NCBI RefSeq assembly: GCF_006345805.1
Contig: NC_043021.1
Location: forward strand, 3,224,001 to 3,288,000
From: Octopus sinensis
Taxonomy: Eukaryota
Direction of reading: 5' to 3'
Length of the DNA: 64,000 nucleotides
This document shows positions 48,380 through 61,450 of this stretch, piece by piece (positions within the stretch are counted from its first letter, which is position 1; every line of letters begins with the position of its first letter). A program made the position numbers and the translations under genes. Under the pieces are notes generated by a model. That model was not told the origin of the DNA. It did no database searches and was given only the letters and a program-made list of their open reading frames with translations.

Positions 48380-51097
48380 CACAAGTATTTGAAGTTCACT
48401 GACTACCACCTGACAATTTATTCAAGCACCTTGCAATAGTAGATTTACCCCTCATACCTAGTGCACACACACACACACACATATATATATGCCCCCACAC
48501 AAAGATCTAAGCATCCATGCACCCACTCCTACACAAATTACCATTACCACTATTATCATTTCATATCTGCATTCCAAGCTGACACGAGTTGGTCCAAATT
48601 TGATGCGATTGCTTGCCTAAGCAGGATAGAAAGAGAATACCTTGCTTGTACAATGAAGGATTGAATACAATGTATGTACTGTGTGTTTCCCACATTTAGA
48701 ATCAGTATAGTTTTGTGTCAATGTGTTATAGGGGTGGTTAAAATGATTGATGACAGGAAGAAGGTTCAACCATAAAACCCTGCTTTACAAAAATCCTGCA
48801 ATTCATACCAACACAGACATGAATTTGATCGTAGACTGACCATGTAAAGAAAAAAAATGGATGGTTTAAGCTGGAGTACATTTAATTCTAAGTGTCTCAC
48901 AGCAGGAATGACCTGGGGTTAAATGACAACAATGCTTAATTCAACAAGTTAACGAAGGAGTCTCTACATGGTCATTCAATCTGCTAGAAATCCCAACTGA
49001 ATTTCCTTAAAAAGGAAAAAAAAAAAAGAAGAAATCGCAGCCTCTTTGATTTTAAACTAAAGGATTTGATGGACAATGTAGTCATCATCATCGTTTAACG
49101 TCCGTTTTCCGCGCTAGCACGGGTTGGACGGTTCGACCGTGGTCTGGGAAGCCAGGGGCTGCACCAGGCTCCAATCTTGATCTGGCAGAGTTTCTACAGC
49201 TGGATGCCCTTCCTAATGCCAACCACTCCGAGAGTGTAGTGGGTGCTTTTTATGTGCCACCTGCACAGGTGCCAGAGGAAGGGGGTCTGGCATCGGCCAC
49301 GATCGGTTGGTGCTTTTAACGTGCCACCGGCACGGAAGCCAGCCAAGGCGGCGCTGGCATCGGCCACGTTCGGATGGTGCTTTTTATGTGCCACCGGCAC
49401 TATAAAACGACAACACAGATACTCCACAACTTGGCTGGAATAATTTTTCTACAGATTTGCTCTAAACAACAACAACAAAAGCAATAACACAGCAAACTCA
49501 TGTTTCTTATGCTAAACTTGTACTATGTACAAAACTTGACAATTCTCTGAACAAATATCCACAGATCAGTAAGTAGTGCAGTAACTGTTACACGCTATAA
49601 ATGCAGCTAAAATGCAATAGCAGTAGTAGCACCACGGTGATAACCACAAAACCTCTTTCCTCCCTTCAAGCCAACAAGGTGGTATAGAAGGTCAAAATTG
49701 GACTCAGTTGTTTTTGCTCCTATTAACATTGAACCATATTTTTTATTATTATTATTATTATTATTTTTTTTTTTTTGCTGACTCACTAATTGGTAATTTT
49801 AATTGAAATACGTTTGTAACAGGTGTAACACTAATTAGGGCCATTAAACAATTTCTTAATATACCTATAGACTTCATATTTGAACTGCTAGCATGCCTGA
49901 CAGTTGCCTATAATTTCATGCATCACTGACTTAGAACAATGCTTATAAAGCTGTTGTACTTTATTCAACAAAACAAATTATTTCACATTGAAGAAAAGAA
50001 AATTATTTCTTGCAACAGACTCAACACTGGAAGGGATCCATTGATTAAATCAACTACCGCCAGCCACCCCAATCCATCCCATTATTGATTTCTACTTTAG
50101 TTTATTGACCCTGGGAGGATGAAAGGCAAAGCTGATCTCGGCAGAATTTGAAATCTGACTATGAACGGGGGTTGTAACTAAAATATGCCAAAGCACTCTA
50201 AATAAATGTTAAAAATTCAGCATCCATCGGACATCTACCATAACCCCTGGACTGAGCAAGGCCCTTCTGAGTGGATTTGGGTAGATTCATGTGCACATAT
50301 GTGTTTGTTGTGAGTGAGTTTGTATTTCCCTCAAATTTGCTGGTTTGTAAACAAGCTTTCCTGATCATGCAGTCTACCACAAAAGCATGTCCAGGCTTCT
50401 TGGCATGTCTTGACATGTGCAATCCTTCTAAATAAAGGTTCATTCAACTGGAAGCATTTGTTTCTTGTTCTATGCATAAAACGTATCTGCATTGTTTGTT
50501 GTTTAATAAAGAGAGAGAGACTATTTACTTTGCTCGTAAATAAATTGGACTGGCAACAAGAAGGGCGTCTGATTGCAAAAGAACTCTGCTCTGACATACT
50601 TTTAACTGACATACTTTCTAACATGATAGCAGGGAAAAGTAAACAGTAAAACGATGATGATGATGATGATCTCCATAAGATCATTTTCCATGAGAAATGT
50701 CTTCTATCTTATAGTTTATCATCATCGTCTACTTGAGGGCAGAGGAACTTATTCAAAGCTATTTGATGTTTATGGCTACATGATCTCTGTACAGTTCCTT
50801 GTAAGAACTCAAATCACAGTAAACTCATCTTGTAATTTTAAGGTTATATTTGTGATCAAGATTGTTATCAACAGAAACTTGCAGACCATCCTCTATAAAT
50901 GTCAGGCCGTCAGCAATATTCTTATTTCTTTATTGCCCACAAGGGGCTAAACATAGAGGGGACAAACACGGACAGACAAAGGGCTTAAGTCGATTACATT
51001 AGATGCATTTGTATATGAAACGTCCTAACTTTCAGTGCTGGCTCTAGTTTCTACAGAAGATTTTTAGAGATAACTTTTAAAAAAAAAACCAAAATGG

Positions 51098-51142
<45 letters not shown>

Positions 51143-51551
51143 CACTTGCGCACATTGTATGGCCAAATGGTCAAGAAGGTCACCTTTGCAATCACAAATT
51201 CTAGGTGTCAACCCCAGTGTGGGAAAGTAACATTTTCTACAGTCTTATGGTCAACCTCTATCCTGTGAGTAAACCTGGGCAGACATAAACAACAGAAGCC
51301 GGTCAGATGGGTTCTATCTGTAATTCAGCTGTACAACTGTGCCACACACAGTCATGCTAATTTTGTCTGAGAATTTTATGTTCAAAATAGGCATATCTAT
51401 GGAATGCATAGATATTTACATGTTAATTTAATGAGTACGTTATTCTTTTGATGATATGACTGCATTTTCAATGTCGAAACAGACACGTCCACCCAAGTTA
51501 TACACATGGATCATAAAAGTACACGTACACACACACACACACATATATATA

Positions 51552-51663
51552 TATACATAAAAGTAAATAAATGGTACAACGAAGCACCGATATTTACTGG
51601 AAAATAGCTATTTTCCAGTAAATATCGGTGCTTCGTTGTACCATTTATTTACTTTTATGTATA
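51552..51663. repeat. Perfect 112-bp palindrome
   Basis: Centre GGAAAATAGCTATTTTCC at 51607/51608, flanked by (TA)/(CA) microsatellites. Confidence 0.95.
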
Positions 51664-51725
51664 ATTTTACCCTCACGGGCTATCCTTTACTGGAAAGCAA
51701 TACTCTCGTATTGCATTACTATTTC

Positions 51726-51781
<56 letters not shown>

Positions 51782-51804
51782 AGCACATTAACATACATAT
51801 AAGT

Positions 51805-51858
<54 letters not shown>

Positions 51859-52711
51859 TTGTACATATACATATATATACATATAATACACACACACACA
51901 TACATACCTACCTATATACATACATATTAATGTTTGTTTTTATGTTCAGTTATAATAAAAACAATTTTACATTAGTCTGATGGTTTAATCTATACTTCTC
52001 ATCATCATCATCATCATCATTTAGCATCCGTTTTCCATGCTAGCATGGGTTGGACGGTTCAACTGGGGTCTGGGAAGCCAGAAGGCTGCATCAGGCCCAG
52101 TCTGATCTGGCAATGTTTCTACTTCTGTAGAATACAAATTATTCTTACGTAAGAAAAAGGATTAGGACTCGAATATCCAACCCTATCATGTGTGGTACCA
52201 ATTACAAGGAACTGATATCAGTAAATACTCTATGCTACAACCAGCACCAACATCCTGCCTGAATATGTGAACCTAAAAATAAAGAAAACAGCTGACATCA
52301 CTTTGAAAGCTTTACTACCACATAACCAGAGCTGACCTGAAAACGCAGGCCTAACACATACAAGTTATTTTGAATTTCTTGCAAAAATTCTTATCTGTGC
52401 TCTCTGTGTCTGATGAGATGGATATGTCCTACATGCTCACAAAACTAAGTTATGTGGAGTGAAATCAAACCGTTCTGAAATATATATATATATATATACA
52501 CACCCACCCACACATGTGCGCATGCGTGCATGATTCATACAAACAAACAAAGAAGAAAAAAGACAAGTGGAGTGGAGGAATAGGTGTGTGCAGGATGTGG
52601 GATGGTGGCCTAAAGTGGTGTAGTGAGTAGAAGAGAAGAAAAGAGAGGACAAAGTTCAACCACTGTTTGTAAAGTACATGAAGTGAAAGGGAAGGAGGAA
52701 GTGCTGATAAG

Positions 52712-52748
<37 letters not shown>

Positions 52749-52985
52749 ACAGGAATATTGTCAGGAAGGGAAAAAAGATAAGCAGACATTGTTAGAATCT
52801 GAATTTATTGGGATGGTTTCAACTGAAAGTGCTTGACATAAATTTAACATAGCTTTGACTGTTTGATCCACACATCCAATGGGTTCAAGACATATAGCCT
52901 CTATGTTGTTTTGAAATAACAAAATCCGTCTTAATTTCATCCACTGTTGTCCTAATAGCATGTGGAGACAATGGGTAATGTAGTC

Positions 52986-53292
52986 TCTCGTGGAAGCGCC
53001 ATCCAACCAAAATGCAAATATATGGGAAACTGTCATCTCTTGTGAAAGGTAGGAGAGTCCAGTTTGCTGGACATTGTTGTAGAGCTGAAAAAGAAGTAAT
53101 TTCTACTCTTCTCCTCTGGAAGCCATCTACTCGCAATACCAGAGGGCGCGCACTCTCCTACCCTGATGTAATCTCCAGGGATACAGGCATCCAGCAACAG
53201 GACCTCCGTAATGCCATGATGGACCGTGAAGTCTGGCGTAGCATGGTAAATTCCATTGTCTCGACCACGGTCGAACAATGATGATGATGATG
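52986..53292 (+). mobile_element. 5'-truncated RTE-like LINE with 9-bp TSD
   Basis: TSD AATGTAGTC at 52977-52985 and 53293-53301. Peptide SWKRHPTKMQIYGKL..RRVQFAGH..EQ* followed by (TGA)n. Confidence 0.9.
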
Positions 53293-54376
53293 AATGTAGT
53301 CCTGGACAGTATTGGCTTAAGGCATGAGCACATTGAGCAGTTTTTCCAGAGACCCCGTGAGTCTAGAAGCCTAATGCTAATCTATGTATGCTGTGCTTAT
53401 ATGTATTAAGGGCCCCAGTAAAATGCATTGCCTGGGAATCTATAACACTGTGTTAAGACAGCCCTGGTCCCAGTTAAGAAAATATCTGAAACAAAAAAAA
53501 AAGTCTTTCATTGTAGATGAATTTGAGCAGAGAGAGAGAGAGAGAGAAGAGATGTCACCACCAACTGCAGAAGAAATATTTATTGTAACATCAGCCAGTG
53601 GCAGGGGTCAGCTATAGCAAACAATGTATAGAATTTTCTGCAGAGTAAAAATATATCGATGTCTATTCCAGTCCCATAGAACACATTTGTGTATTATAAC
53701 AGTGGTTCTGCTTAGAGCAACTGAGCTCTACCAATAAAACACCATGGCAATCTATTTGTTAAATTTCCTACTAGAAAAAGGCCTGGGATAGAAAAAGAAA
53801 AAAAAAGGTTCTGTGCCTAAATTAGAGATATTTAATATAGATACTTCATGTTTATTATTGTTTTTCACTTCAGAAAACTCTCAGATGGAGCCAAGCACAA
53901 GCCACTTTCATATTGCACAAAGAGACCATTTCTACACTCACATCTCTCTCACCCACTCCAACATTGGATACAATAAGAGAACTGTGCACACATTACTTGT
54001 CATTGGGTTGGTATACCCATCCAGGAAAAATTTAAGTTCATCATAAATTATTCATGACTACTGTAAGAAAGGTAAGCTCATTGGGTTTGGGTTACCTCTG
54101 AGAACTGTCATATCAACATCATCTTTCTTAGCTAATACAGCAGTTCTCAAATTGACAAATGTCCGTCACCCACTAAATATATTATATCTACACACACACA
54201 CAGGTGCAGGCGTGGTTCCATGGTTAAGAAGGTTACTTCCCAATCATGTAGTCTTTGGTTCAGTCTTCTGTAACTTCATGCTGACCAAGGTTTTGTGAGT
54301 GGAGAAACTGAAAGAAGCCTGTTGTGCATGCATGTCTCTCTCTCTGCTAGGGGGACAAACTCACACACAAACATAT

Positions 54377-54421
<45 letters not shown>

Positions 54422-54799
54422 TACGACAGGCTTCGTTCAGTTTCCGTCTACCAAATCCACTCACAAGGCATTGGTCGGCCCGAGGCTATAGCAGAAGACA
54501 TTTGCCCAAGATGCCACGCAGTGGGACTGAACCCGAAACCATGTGGTTGGTTAGCAAGCTACTTACCACACAGCCACTCCTGCGCCTATGCACACACACT
54601 TACGAATTTTTTTTTTTTTTTGTGCATTTGCAACAACCAAAATGAATTGGACTGTTTTTTTTTTTCTTTTCTTTGTTATAGAAATTTTCTTTTTCTGACG
54701 AAAATCCAAGTTATCGTTAACCCTTCAGTCCCTTTGTACATTGAGGAAAACCATCTCTATTCCAGACTATTGATTATGACCCAGAAACCTGAAGTATAG

Positions 54800-56169
54800 T
54801 TTTTGTTGATTATTGCTGAGCCGATAAACGATTAATATCGGTTTTCTTTTTGTTCTTTTTCCAGTCATACATAAGCTGACGTGTCCTTTCCCTAGTGGAG
54901 ACAGCGGATATGCTTTAACGGGGATTCGACCAAATGGACACTTCATAGTAAAAACAGAAATGGTTCCACCTGGAAGTAAACACGCCCCGACAGGAGCTGA
55001 GCAATGCAAATATCAACAAAAGGAAAGAGGAGGAGGAGGAGGAGGTAATCTTTCGTTTTATGATCATAAAATGAAAGTAGGAAATTTATTGTAGTTTTAA
55101 CAATGTGAAATTTTGAGCAAAAAAATTTTTTTTTTTAATTTTTTTTCTTTTCTTTTTAAATAATGTCGCATTTAAAATACGCAAATTGGAGTGGGACAAA
55201 TAAATATTTAAAACTACGATCCCCCTCCTCGCTCTTAAAATCGTAAGTTGCTGCTTTTGAAAACTTCAACTGGACAACGCCCAAAGTGTTAATATTCCCT
55301 ACTTGTATTTTCTGGATCTTAAAACGAATATGAATAAATGTATCGACACACACAGGAGTGGCTGTGTGGTAAGTAGCTCGCTAACCAATCACATGGCTCC
55401 GGGTTCAGTCCCACTGCGTGGCATCTTGGGCAAGTGTCTTCTGCTATAACCCCGGGGCCGACCAATGCTTTGTGAGTGGATTTGGTAGACGGAAACTGAA
55501 AGAAGCCTGTCGTATATATGTATGTATATATGGGTGTGTGTGTGTGTATGTTTGTGTGTCTGTGCTTGTCCCCCTAGCATTGCTTGACAACCGATGCTGG
55601 TGTGTTTACGTCCCCGTCACTTAGCGGTTCGGCAAAAGAGAGACCGATAGAATAAGTACTGGGCTTACAAAAGAATAAGTCCCGGGGTCGATTTGCTCGA
55701 CTAAAGGCGGTGCTCCAGCATGGCCGCAGTCAAATGACTGAAACAAGTAAAAGAGTAAAAGAGTAAAGAGTAAAGAGTACACACACACAAAAAAAAAGTG
55801 TGTGTATGTGGGCCCGTGCATGAACACACGCACGCACATGCACGAACACACACGGACAGACGTAGACAGCGGGAAAACGATTTCATTGCTGGGGAAAGCT
55901 GATTGTTGCACGTCGAAGAATCCATACTACACGTTTGAAAACCAGTTGCCGCGCAAAACGGGAAGCGAACGATCAACCAATGTAAATGAGCCTCGTGGAT
56001 GTACGATGAATTTTTTAAGAGGGAGTAAAATGCTAATACTAATACTACTACTACTAATAATAACAACAACGAAAACAAAGCAGCAGCAATGTTTATATCT
56101 GCAGTAGTCGTTCATGTGCTTACTGCTACTAAATCCGGAAACTATCATTGACTGACTGACGAAAAACGT

Positions 56170-56170
<1 letters not shown>
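54800..56170. promoter_or_regulatory. CpG-retaining region, candidate promoter of the minus-strand zinc-finger gene
   Basis: Unique sequence at 54830-55050 and 55850-56010 is visibly CpG-rich compared with 24-54 kb. It contains TGACGT, GGAAG(T/C), CCAAT and GCCGCGCAAAA motifs. Qualitative only. Confidence 0.35.
55352..55779 (+). mobile_element. tRNA-derived SINE, family A, full length
   Basis: Head, internal (TG) run and (GAGTAAAA)n tail. Confidence 0.92.
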
Positions 56171-56210
<40 letters not shown>

Positions 56211-56228
56211 CGCGTATATATATATATA

Positions 56229-56611
56229 GGCGCAGGAGTGGCTGTGTGGTAAGTAGCTTGTTTACCAACCATTTGGTTTCGGGTTCAGTCCCACTGCGTG
56301 GCACCTTGGGCAAGTGTCTTCTACTATAGCCTCGGGCCGACCAAAGCCTTGTGAGTGGATTTGGTAGACGGAAACTGAAAAGAAGCCCGTCGTATATATG
56401 TATATATTATATGCGTGTGTGTGTCTGTGTTTGTCCCCCTTGCATTGCTTGACAACCGATGCTGGTGTGTTTACGTCCCCGTCACTTAGCGGTTCGGTAA
56501 AAAGAGACCGATAGAATAAGTACTGGGCTTACAAAAGAATAAGTCCTGGGGTCGAGTTGCTCGATTAAAGGCGGTGCTCCAGCATGGCCGCAGTCTAATG
56601 GCTGAAACAAA
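56229..56611 (+). mobile_element. tRNA-derived SINE, family A
   Basis: GGCGCAGGAGTGGCTGTGTGGTAAG head; colinear with 55352. Confidence 0.92.
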
Positions 56612-56679
56612 TACACACACACTAGTCAGAATATTTTTAGTATGTAATTGTAACAGCACACCCTTTTTCTTTTCATAAA

Positions 56680-58035
56680 CACTTTAAATGGTTGTTGTAT
56701 CAGGATTGTGGAGTCAACCATTTAGATGACACCTTCAGAAAGCTGTAATGTCATTTGATGTAAGAAATCAGTACCAAGAATAGGACAGGGCTGGTCCGTG
56801 ACGACCAAAATCCACTTGAAATCCCTACGGAGTGATAAATCCGGGGTAAGAGAGATTTGTCCATAGGTTTTGATGGCAGAGTGATTCACTGCGTAGAGAG
56901 AGAGAGAGAGAGAGAGATGTCGGAAAGACAAGGATTGGGGGAAGTAAACCTTCGTGGCCAAATGCTTGCGCTGGCACCCGTGTCCACCATAAAGGACTTT
57001 GAAAAAATAGCATCTCGGATAAAAAAATTCACGGTAAGGTGAATCGATGGGGGAGAGAGCTGACGTGCCCAACGTCTCCCTTTCTAGTTTCTCTGAGAAG
57101 AGTAAGAGCAGGGCTGTGTACACTTTTCGGCCTGGTCCTTGAATTTCCTGTCGTACCAGCAAACTGAAGCAAGAGGCATGCGTCAGTGCAAGAAAGAACG
57201 ACGTCCGGTTTCCTTGCAGAATGATTCCGTGAAGACGAACGGTCCCTGCACAAGCGTGCGACTTGACGGGTCAGTTCTCCAATGGTCCGCAAAATTTCGG
57301 AGGACTGCATGTCGTCCAGAGCAGAAGTACAAGCTCGAGAGGAAGACGAAGAAGCGCAGAGGCAAAGGAAAAGGACTCATCTTGGATGATAATAGGAAAC
57401 GGAACGCCATGAAGAACAAGTTGATTGAAAGAAACGCCAATAGAAATAGCAGTCAAAACACCCTAGTTAAAAGAAGATATGACGAGCATCGAACTAGGGA
57501 TCAGTAACAGAAGATGAAATAGAAGTCCTTGCCAATGGATGAAGAACAAAACAATGGCCAACATGTGGATAATCCAGGTAGGGTTGAGAGAGAGAGACTC
57601 ATACCAGGCACGTAGGCAAAACTGTTGTCCATGTGAATTTTGGATAATATTCCGGATAAAATTTTCTGGGTTTTTTAAAATTTTTACATGCAAGTAGAAA
57701 ATTCTCCTGAGACGCTGTGTCTTTGAAGGACCAAGTTGTAAATTCAGTTACAACACAAGGAAAAAATGGTGTGCAGTTTCCCGTTTGAAAATGGCGCCAA
57801 AATTTTCTGGTGAAGAAGACTGGCGACGAGAGAGATCAATGGTATGTTCCTGTATGATGAATGACGGTCTGGTCGCGTAGACAAAGTCGAGAAGGAGAAA
57901 AGGGAATACGTATCCACTGGTCAGAAATTCGTCCGGGGTTTACCATTTTAGGTAGTGGTTGCATCAGGGTTGTGGAGTCATCTAACGGTTGACTCCAGAA
58001 GGCTATAATATCATTTGGTAGGAACACGGTACAAA
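56680..58035 (-). mobile_element. Degenerate Gypsy gag-protease fragment bounded by ~100-bp direct repeats
   Basis: CWYDRKFKDQAEKCTQPC (gag knuckle-like), MVDTGASASI (protease D-T-G) and YAVNHSAIKTYG...RRDF...PILGTDFL. PBS-like TGGTAAACCCCGGACG on the minus strand at ~57930-57945. Confidence 0.75.
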
Positions 58036-58149
58036 GACATACATAGAACAAGGCTGTAACTTTAAATACCTTTAATGTCGGCCTCACACACATATAAAAT
58101 GGATGATAAATGAAAGAGTTTGATGCGTGGAGGCCATAATCCCTCTTCT

Positions 58150-59420
58150 GTGCGTTACCTCATATCTGCTAGTCGCAGAATCCCGTTCACTATTAGTTTT
58201 GGTGCAACCAACTTATATACAAGCATTCCACATGGTTTGGGACTTACTGCCATAAAATATTAGGACGAGAAACAAAGAAGTGATTCCCAGTAGAGTTACT
58301 GTAACCATCATACTAGACGCGATCAACCTCATCCTCGAAAACAACACATTCCTTTTCAACGGAAAAAAAACTACCTCCAAATTCGAGGCACAACTATGGG
58401 AACAAGATTTGCGCCAGTTTTCGCGAACTCAGTATTGGGGACACATGGAAAAGATACCTCGATGATTCCCAATTTGGACCAAATCCCTAGAAAATCTGGA
58501 AGAATTCAGCACCCTCCCCAATAATCTACACCCTAGTCTCAAATTCACAAGAGAAATGAACACACAATTACCATTTCTTGACATAATAGTAATTAAAAAC
58601 ACCACCACAATCACAAATGATATTTATTACAAAAGTAGATACACATCAGTACCTAAATTTCATATCATGCCACCCAATACACACAAAACGCAACATCCCG
58701 TACTGCCTAGCCAAGAAAATTTGTACTATGGTCGATAATCCAAATACCAGAAACACACGGTTTGTAGAGCTCAAAGGATTTCTGCTCAAGCAAAATTACT
58801 CTCTCCTACTTATAGGAAATAGCATACAACGAGCAAAAGAGATACCTATAGAACAGCTTAGAACAACACGAAAAAGACGAACCCATCAATGGAACACAAT
58901 ACCGTTTCTAGTAACACACAATCTGCACCACCAAAACATAACATCATCAAAACAAATCTGCCAATCATAAAACAAAGTGAAAATTTTTTTATAAAAAAAC
59001 ATAACTAATCAAACACTTAAGCAAAAGGCAACCACACAATCTAAAGAAACTATTAACAAAGGCAGAATTCAACATGAACAAACAGGATAAAAACATTGAC
59101 AGTATCCAAGTGTAACGATAAGAGATGTAGAACGTGTCAATACATGCATATGGGTAGGTCCATAAAAAAAAAAAAAAGGACAGATTTCCGCAAATGCAGA
59201 TAAGAACTGCACAAGCAGAAATTTTATCTACGCCATTAAATGCCAGAATTGCGAGGAATTATATATATAGGCGAGACAGGGAATATATTATCGGAACGCT
59301 CACGAGTCCACAGACAACAAATCCAGAACACCAATGTTCGCCAAATTTCACTGAGCCGGGAGAACATAGAGACAACGCAGCCAGGAAATGTTTCTAATTT
59401 TTCCATTGCGCAAACTACAT
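58150..59420 (+). pseudogene. Penelope-like element RT + GIY-YIG endonuclease, degenerate
   Basis: SFGATNLYTSIPH, ILENNTFLFNG..YLQIRGTTMG, LPFLDI, YLNFISCHPIHTKRNIPY and FIYAIKCQNCEELYIGETG...RVHRQQI. Confidence 0.9.
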
Positions 59421-59452
59421 GACTATATGTGTATAGTGTGTGTGTGTGTGTG

Positions 59453-60695
59453 TATTAGGTTGTCAAGTATGAAATTTGTAGCAAGGTATATGGTAATATT
59501 TGACAGCTGCTCATTTTGAGCCATTATTATATTTTGACAATCCTTATTTTTGTTAGAAAGCTGACACGTCTATTTCTTTATTCTAACTCATTTTGTACTT
59601 TATAAAGTATTTATAAATCGTTTTTTACTATTTTTGTTTAGAGATGGATAAGTTGGAAATTCGTAGTTTTGAAATACGAGTTCTTTCTTGGAAATACAGC
59701 ATCACGGACAGCACGGAATATTAATGGAGTATTTCATTCCAATGTTATTTTATTACCCAGCAGACAGTATCAAATTGGTTTGCAAAGTTTCTTTCTGGTA
59801 ACTTTGACCTCACAAATGAGCAACGCGGTCGACCAGGAACAAAGGTGGATAATGATGAACCGAAAGCCACTGTCAAGTCAGATCCATCTCAAAGTGCCTG
59901 TGAATTATTGTTGTTGTTTAGTGTTAGCAAACAAACAATATTGACTCACCTAGTTCAAATCGGTAAAGTGAAAAAGTTGGATAAGTGGGTTCCACATGAA
60001 CTCAATGAAAATCAGAAACAGCAACATTTGGAAGCCTATGCTACTTTCACGTCACAAAAATGAATCATTTTTGAATTGAATTGTAGCATGTGATGAGAAA
60101 TGGATCCAATATAACAACCATAAACGTTCAGCGCAATGGTTGGACAAAGACGAGCCACCAAAAAGCAAAATACAAAAAGAAGTTGTTGGTGTGTTTGGTG
60201 GTCTGGCGCAGGTGTGTTCTATTATGATTTCATTAAACCCGGCTCATCAATCACGGTCGAAGTATACTGCAGCCAGCTAGACCAAATGATGCAGAAACTT
60301 ACAAAAAAAATCAGTCTACATTAGTCAACAGATCCACTCCTATTTTACTGCAAGACAACGCCAGACGACACGTCGCAAAAATGACATTGGCGAAACTACA
60401 GGAGTTTGAGGTGGAAGTTCTCCATCATCCACCATACTCAGCTGATCTTGCCCCCACTGACTACCACTTCTTCCAGAATTTGGATGACTTTTTGATAGGA
60501 AAAAAAATTTAATTCCGCTGATAAACAGGCCTTTCTAGATTTTATTGACTCTACGTTGCCAAGCTGGACAACATACCGCAGATATGGCAAAAGTGTATTG
60601 ACAATATGGGTGCATACTTTGATGAATAAAACTATTCCTTGTATTTATAAGACATTAGAAATTTTTTTCCATTTCAACAACTTTCATACTTGATC
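59453..60695 (+). mobile_element. Near full-length mariner transposon, degenerate
   Basis: Imperfect TIRs (TCAAGTATGAAA), WVPHEL, CDEKW, QDNAR and HPPYSADLAPTDYH (D,D34D-type motifs), with frameshifts. Confidence 0.92.
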
Positions 60696-61406
60696 TCTGT
60701 GTGTGTGTGTACATTATATATATTTGTGTGTGTGTATATATACAAATATATATATATGAAAATATATATTCTTTTCTTTTAGTCATTTGACTGCGTCAAT
60801 GCTGGAGCACCGCTTTTAGTCGAGTAAATCAACCTCAGGACTTATTCCTTTTAAGTCTAGTACTTATTCTATCGGTCTTCTTTTGCCGAACTGCTAAGTT
60901 ACAGGGACGTAAACACACCAGCATCAGCTGTCAAGCGATGTTGGGGAAACAGACACAAACACACACATATGTGTATATATATATATATATATGACGGCTT
61001 TTTTTTTCAGTTTCCGTCTACCAAATCCACTCAAAGATTTGGTTGGTCAGAGGCTACAGGAGAAGGCATGGCATATATCTCTGTATATATACTATACACA
61101 CACACACACACACGTCCTTGTATTCTTTTTCCAGTCATTTGATTGTAACTATGCTAGAGCACCACCTTGAAAGGTTTTTAGTCAAACAAATCGACCCCAA
61201 GATTTATTTTTTAAACTTAGTATTTATTCTATCGGCATCTTTTGCCAAACCACTAAGTTACAGGGACATAAACACACCAACACCACTTACACACACACAC
61301 ACGCATGAACAAACAAACAAACAATCTAACATGAAACTTGAGGATCAATTAATACCTTTTTAGAAGAGTACATATGCTTCCTTAAACATATACAAAGAAA
61401 GGGTCG

Positions 61407-61450
61407 ACAGTGACCTCAATGTTTCTATGTGCCTGCTTTCTTCAGGCTGT
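61407..61450 (-). ncRNA. Decayed hammerhead-like motif
   Basis: ACAGC-CTGAAGA-A-AGCAGGCACAT-A-GAAA-CATTGAGG-TC-ACTGT; core intact, stems II and III weak. Confidence 0.45.

Noticed and set aside
48395-48460. Minus-strand GKST peptide (MRGKSTIARCLNKLSGGSQ*)
   Set aside because: Lacks GxxxxGK spacing and ends after 19 codons. At most a uORF.
53874-54071. Splice-signal pairs on both strands (+ 53874-54071; - 54060-53942)
   Set aside because: Stops occur in all frames, and competing signals on opposite strands cannot be resolved without RNA data.
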